From Macrostomum lignano (Eukaryota), in NCBI GenBank assembly GCA_002269645.1, contig NIVC01003363.1, positions 1 to 64,000 of the forward strand: a stretch of 64,000 nt of DNA. The letters run 5' to 3'. A program made the translations under genes and the position numbers. Shown here one piece after another: positions 58,741 to 64,000 of the stretch. Below the pieces are notes generated by a model. That model saw only the letters and a program-made list of their open reading frames with translations, ran no database searches and was not told the origin of the DNA. The first letter of the stretch is position 1, and every line of letters begins with the position of its first letter.

Positions 58741-60155
58741 CTTCGGCCTGTGTTTTGTAGCTGCCGGATGTCCTGCCTGTCTCCACTGGAACTTGCTTGG
58801 TGTGTGCGAGCTGTTTTAGGCTAGAAATTTTATTCATATTTATGCCAATAACTTACATGCTTTGATTCGCCTGAGATTTCAGTTTATACTCAGCTTATCG
58901 CCCTGGATGCCACCCCAGCAATTTCAAAGCTGTTATACCATGTTTTTGTTTGTCTGAAACAGAATTCTGTTAATTGTGCTGCCACCTGGGAAGGCTTTGG
59001 ATGAAATCGCTTCTCATGTATTCCTGCTTCGTTAATTCTTTAGCATGTAAATTTTAATAAATCCATGGTTATGCAGACTTGTCATATTTGTGCCTGTCTA
59101 AAATTTTAGCCGTTTATCTATTAAACCTGATCTTTCCGAATAATCAATCAATTTTTATTCTTGGCAAGCCGATGACAACCACAAAGCTGATTTTTCTAAT
59201 TGACAATAAATCAATTTGTGCTGTTTAGCTTTGATCAGCAACACGAGATGTCCTGTGCAACAGAAACACCTGTTCTGCTTTCCTCTGCCTTTAGTTTTGT
59301 TGCTTAGGACCTTTGTCTGTGGAATTACTGAGTAGTCAATGCTGGGACACTTCACCCGCCATTGGTCCTGAGACTGGGACACTTCACCCGCCATTGGTCC
59401 TGAGACTGGGACACTTCACCCGCCATTGTCCTCAGACTGGGACACTTCACCCACCATTGGTCCTCAGACTGGGACACTTCACCCGCCATTGGTCCTCAGA
59501 CTGGGACACTTCACCCGCCATTGTCCTCAGACTGGGACACTTCACCCGCCATTGGTCCTCAGACTGGGACACTTCACCCGCCATTGGTCCTCAGACTGGG
59601 ACACCTCACCCGCCATTGGTCCTCAGACTGGGACACCTCACCCTCCATTGTCTTCAGACTGGGACACTTCACCCGCCATTGTCCTCAGACTGGGACACTT
59701 CACCCGCCATTGTCCTCAGACTGGGACACTTCACCTGAGACATTTTCCAATATAACTTCATCTAAATCAAAGCTTTAAAATTTTTCAATAGTTCTGAATG
59801 TGAGGAAATTAGCAGCCTAGTGCTTAAAATTGCTCGGTACATTGATAAAAAACTGCTCAGACGCTCTGCATTAAAAATCAAATGCCAAAAAACAGTAAAA
59901 ATAAAGTTGTATAAGCATGCGTTCGAGCAGTTTTTCAGATTAAAATTAAAAAGATTTTAAAATTCTACATGTAGTAATGTCAACAGCATACTACTCATCG
60001 ATTCTTCACCTCGTTAGCAGTATCTGTGGCTTTTCATTTCGTCTGTTGATAAGACAGCTGATTGAGCATTCCGGTAGCTCAGATGTCATAGGATGCTATT
60101 ACGAGCTAGATAAAGCCCAGTCACGTGACAGCTGTCCGACCCAATTCTCCTGCAG

Positions 60156-62905
60156 CTCACAGCCGCAGCAGCCGTGCTTCGAATTAGCGGCCTCAGCCGG
60201 ATGTCCGCCGCCGCAGCCTCCACAGTGGGCAGCCGCCTCTGCGACGCCTTCGCAGCCGGTGTGGCCGCCGTAGACCCGGAGTCGCTGGTGCGCCGCTCCA
60301 TCGAGCTGCTCAGCGACGTCCAGGATGGAGAAGTTTTGCGCCTGCGGATCCGCAGCAGCGCCGGCGAATGTCGCGACTTTGACGTCGCAGGCGGCGTCGG
60401 CTTTGTGGCCTTCGGCAAGGCTGCCGGCGGGATGGCGTGCGGACTGCCGCTGGCGCGCCTCGGCCGGCGCTTTCTGGGTGGCGTCGTGCTGGCGCCGGCG
60501 CCGACGCGCGCTGAACGGAGCGCCGGGCTGGGCTTTCGTCTGCCGGACGATAGCGGCCTGGCAAGCCGCATTCGGGTGCGTCTGACGCTTGGTTGGCCGG
60601 GTTGTCATGCGATCCACTTCCATGAGGCCAGCCCCCAAGGCCCAGAGTGTACATGTGCGATGATTGGGAGAGGGCGTTGCGCCAGGGTGACTGAGGTGTC
60701 ACGAGATTCAGATATCCAATTAGCTGTCAGAGCCGGTTCGTCTACTGATAAGTAGAAAGTAGAGAATGTGGCGCGGAAAGCTTGTAGGGCGGACAGAATT
60801 GTTGCAGAGTGTAATTGCTGTTTAGCTAATGGGTGGAATCGAGCCTTGGTCAGCTGATGGTTTTGTCTCGCATAGAGACGCCTAACCGCAGTACCCCTGT
60901 GAAACTTGTCTCTGCCAGGCCGAAAGCTTGTCATGAGTTAGTAGGCTGGGTTGGAGGGTAATAGTGGATCAGGAAGGGCTGTGGTAGCTGTATAGGTAGG
61001 CAGGCCTATACCTGTTCCAGTTGGTGCTCTGACGGTCCCCCTCGGAGTGCCCTCTGAGCGAACAGCCAGCGACTCTATTAAAGCTGTAGTGTGCCAAAAC
61101 CAGGACTGAGTCTGAACAGGACGGGACCGTTGACACGGTCACTATAGAAATGGTGGGTTGGCGAAGCAAAGGGTGAAATAGTCCCGGCGATTAGCCCTCC
61201 TGCCGCTTCAAAGATAAGAGACTGTCTTGGCAAGAGTACCCGGGGGTGGTGGGCGGTCGGCCCCAGCGGGTAGCCACGGCCTTCGGTCTTCGGACCAACG
61301 CTAATAGGCTATGGGGTCTACTAACCAGGATTTTTTGGGCACGGGCTTCCTGACTGGTACGTCGAACCCTCGCTGTCCCCGGGGAGGTTTAGATAAGCCA
61401 AATGGGTTTGGGATAGGCGTACGATCTGAGGGTCGGGGGTCGAGGGCCCGCTCTCGGCCTGACTGGCGCCGCTTGCCCGGCTCGATGTACAGTCCTCTCA
61501 GCTCTAATTAGGATCTTAGTGTACATTAGTACACTCCCAACCTGGAATCTATATTTATCTCTAGTGGCGGAAGAGCCTGTTCAATGGCTGAGGCGCCTTA
61601 TTACTTATTTAGTTAGTTAGTTAGCCTTGGTCAGCTGATAAAACCCGGGTAAATTCTGAGCACCTGGCCGCGCCAACCCGCAGGTGTTCGAGGGTCCCCG
61701 CGACAACCTGCCAGACGAGACGGTGCTGATGGGCAGCCGGGCCGTGTCCGACTTGATTGACAGCCTCGGCCCCGGCGACCTCCTGGTTGCCATGGTGACC
61801 GGCGGCGGCAGCGCTCTGCTGGCCTGGCCCCGCCTGCCGCTGCCGGACTACCGGGCCGCCACCCGGGCGCTGTCCACCGCCGGCTTCTCCATCGCGGAGC
61901 TCAACGCCGTCCGCGCCCGTCTGGATGCCGTGAAGGCCGGCGGTCTGGCGCTCCGGTGCCGCGCGCGCGGCTGCCAGCTGGCTGGCCTCGTCCTCTCCGA
62001 CGTTGTCGGCGACCCGCTTGAGGTGATCGCCAGCGGGCCCACGGTGCCGGTGGCTCCGGCTGCGGCCGGCGCGGCTCTGCAGGCCGCCTTGGAGACCGCG
62101 CGGCTGCGGGGCGTCGACGCCCGGCTGCCGCCAACTGCACTGAAGCTGCTGCAGGCTGATGAGGCTGCGGCTCCGGCGCCTGTGGCAGCGCCCGCGGTGG
62201 CGAATTTCATCGTCGGCAACAACCGGACGGCGTTGGAGGCCGCTCGACTTCGGTTGCTCGACGCCGGTGCCCCGGGACCCGCTTCCTGGCAGCCGTTGTC
62301 ATGACAACCGAGCTGGCTGGTGACGTGTCCGCCGTGGCGGAGCGGGTCCACGCCTGGCTGGCCTCGCTGCTCCGCCTGATGCTCCGCGCCGACGCCGCTG
62401 ACACCGCCGACACCGCCGACTTCCCAAGCCTAGGCGAAGGCGACGCGGCGAAGCTGGCCGAGGCTGTCGCTATCTGGCGCGCTGCCGGCGGCTCCGGCGG
62501 CATCGCCCTGCTGGCCGGAGGTGAGCCGACCGTCGACACAACCGGCGCTCTGAACGGCGTCATCGGCGTCGGCGGCCGCGCCGGCCACCTGGCGCTGCTG
62601 CTGGCTGAGCGGCTCGGCCGCTGGCCGGCAGAGACCGTCCAAGGACGCCCTGGCGACCCACCGTGCTGACAGCGGGCACCGACGGCATCGATGGTCCGAC
62701 CGAGGCGGCTGGCGGTCTGGTGGACTCGGACACGTGGCCGAGAGCGGCCGCCCGGCTGGGTGAGGGCCGCTGCCGGGCCGCCCTGGCCGCTTCGATTCGC
62801 ACTCGCTGCTGGCTGAGGCGGGCGGCGAGCCGCCGGCGCTGTTCCAGCCGGGGCTGACGGGCACGAACGTCATGGACCTGGTGATCGCGGCGCTGCACGA
62901 CTGAC
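60156..62905 (+). CDS. GLYCTK: Glycerate kinase, second copy; exon 1 60156(or ATG 60201)-60575, exon 2 61684-62905 with the same two frameshifts plus one extra 1-nt deletion at ~62790
   Basis: Mirror of the left copy; the first ATG is replaced by CAG (60153-60155). Confidence 0.86.
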
Positions 62906-64000
62906 GGGCGCTCGGTGCGGACTGCCCGCTTCTCGCGTGGCTCCGATGCGCGTGCGGAATTCGCGTGTAAATAGATTAGCGGTGCAGTTCCTGATTTTCC
63001 CGATTTCATAATTCTTCCAATAAAAATTTGCTGAAGATACGCAAAACTGCAACTGACATGCCAGAAAGCTTTCGCTTTTGTCTTGTACATGTAGCGGCTG
63101 GATAAGTAACCTCTGCCATCATATATACATGTAGCGGCTGGATAAGTAACCTCTGCCATCATATATACATGTAGCGGCTGGATAAGTAACCTCTGCCATC
63201 ATATATACATGTAGCGGCTGGATAAGTAACCTCTGCCATCATATATACATGTAGCGGCTGGATAAGTAACCTCTGCCATCATATATACATGTAGCGGCTG
63301 GATAAGTAACCTCTGCCATCATATATACATGTAGCGGCTGGATAAGTAACCTCTGCCATCATATATACATGTGGCGGCTGGATAAGTAACCTCTGCCATC
63401 ATATATACATGTAGCGGCTGGATAAGTAACCTCTGCCATCATATATACATGTAGCGGCTGGATAAGTAACCTCTGCCATCATATATACATGTGGCGGCTG
63501 GATAAGTAACCTCTGTCATCATATAAACATGTAGCGGCTGGATAAGCGAGATCGCCAGTCACAGATTAGTACGGCGAGGAGCCATTATCGTCCGGATTGA
63601 TCTGCAGGCTAAACAAGACGCGATAGCTGTATAGCTGAGTTAACCAACAATGACCAACCAACTTAAACTAGTTTTAAAAGTGCGGTGTACTAGACTCTCT
63701 CAGTCATACCGTTAGCCTTGGAGTTAAACGGCTGATGTGCGTATGTAGTGGACTCCAAGAATTCGAAGGTTCACCAGATTGGCCATCATGCAGCTTTGAA
63801 CAAAATTGGGCCCCTTGATCTGTGATCAACGTAAGCGGCGGACCAAAGCTGCGCAAACCAAGTGGTTCACAACGGCCATACTGACATGGTGATGGTCAGC
63901 AATTTGGCACAGCCTCAACCCAGCATGTGTACATCTACCATGATGAGTAGGTACACGTAGAGTGGCCCGTAGAGTGGCCGTGGATCTGCGTCGATTATAG

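Larger units (their letters stand above)
2392..64000. repeat. Giant inverted duplication: left arm 2392-~27000, right arm 30040-64000 (runs to the window edge); unique spacer ~27010-29233 plus gap
   Basis: Position 64000 mirrors 2392; GLYCTK, GMF, KPNB1 exons 1-9, all arrays and MITEs occur as reverse-complement pairs (e.g. GMF 8007-8447 vs 58300-58740; KPNB1 exon 9 24558-24902 vs 31294-31637). Confidence 0.97.

Noticed and set aside
2392-64000. Palindrome as a pure fold-back sequencing chimera
   Set aside because: Arm-specific TE insertions with an empty-site match and synonymous SNPs cannot come from re-reading one molecule; mis-scaffolding of haplotypes remains possible.

Overview
Eukaryotic (flatworm-like, probably Macrostomum; inferred from a spliced-leader-like sequence and gene architecture) genomic window that is almost entirely one giant inverted duplication. 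The left arm (2392 to ~27000) and right arm (30040-64000) are separated by a unique spacer (~27010-29233) and an 806-N gap. Each arm carries glycerate kinase (GLYCTK; two frameshifts shared by both arms), glia maturation factor (GMF) and importin-beta (KPNB1). KPNB1 is complete with 11 exons on the left, while only exons 1-9 are seen on the right; its larger introns each carry a different minisatellite. The arms differ by synonymous SNPs, VNTR copy numbers and two right-arm-only insertions: a 1.55-kb hAT-like element with a nested foldback MITE, and an intact, young 8.9-kb Ty3/Gypsy LTR retrotransposon. The retrotransposon is the main discovery candidate. It carries a third ORF encoding an HPD-containing DnaJ/J-domain protein in the env position, and its LTRs contain a near-copy of the flatworm trans-spliced leader (terminal AUG removed) at the predicted transcription start, followed by a splice donor. 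A CAG/ATG swap at the GLYCTK start and a Met-less GMF exon suggest that host genes here use the SL-donated AUG.
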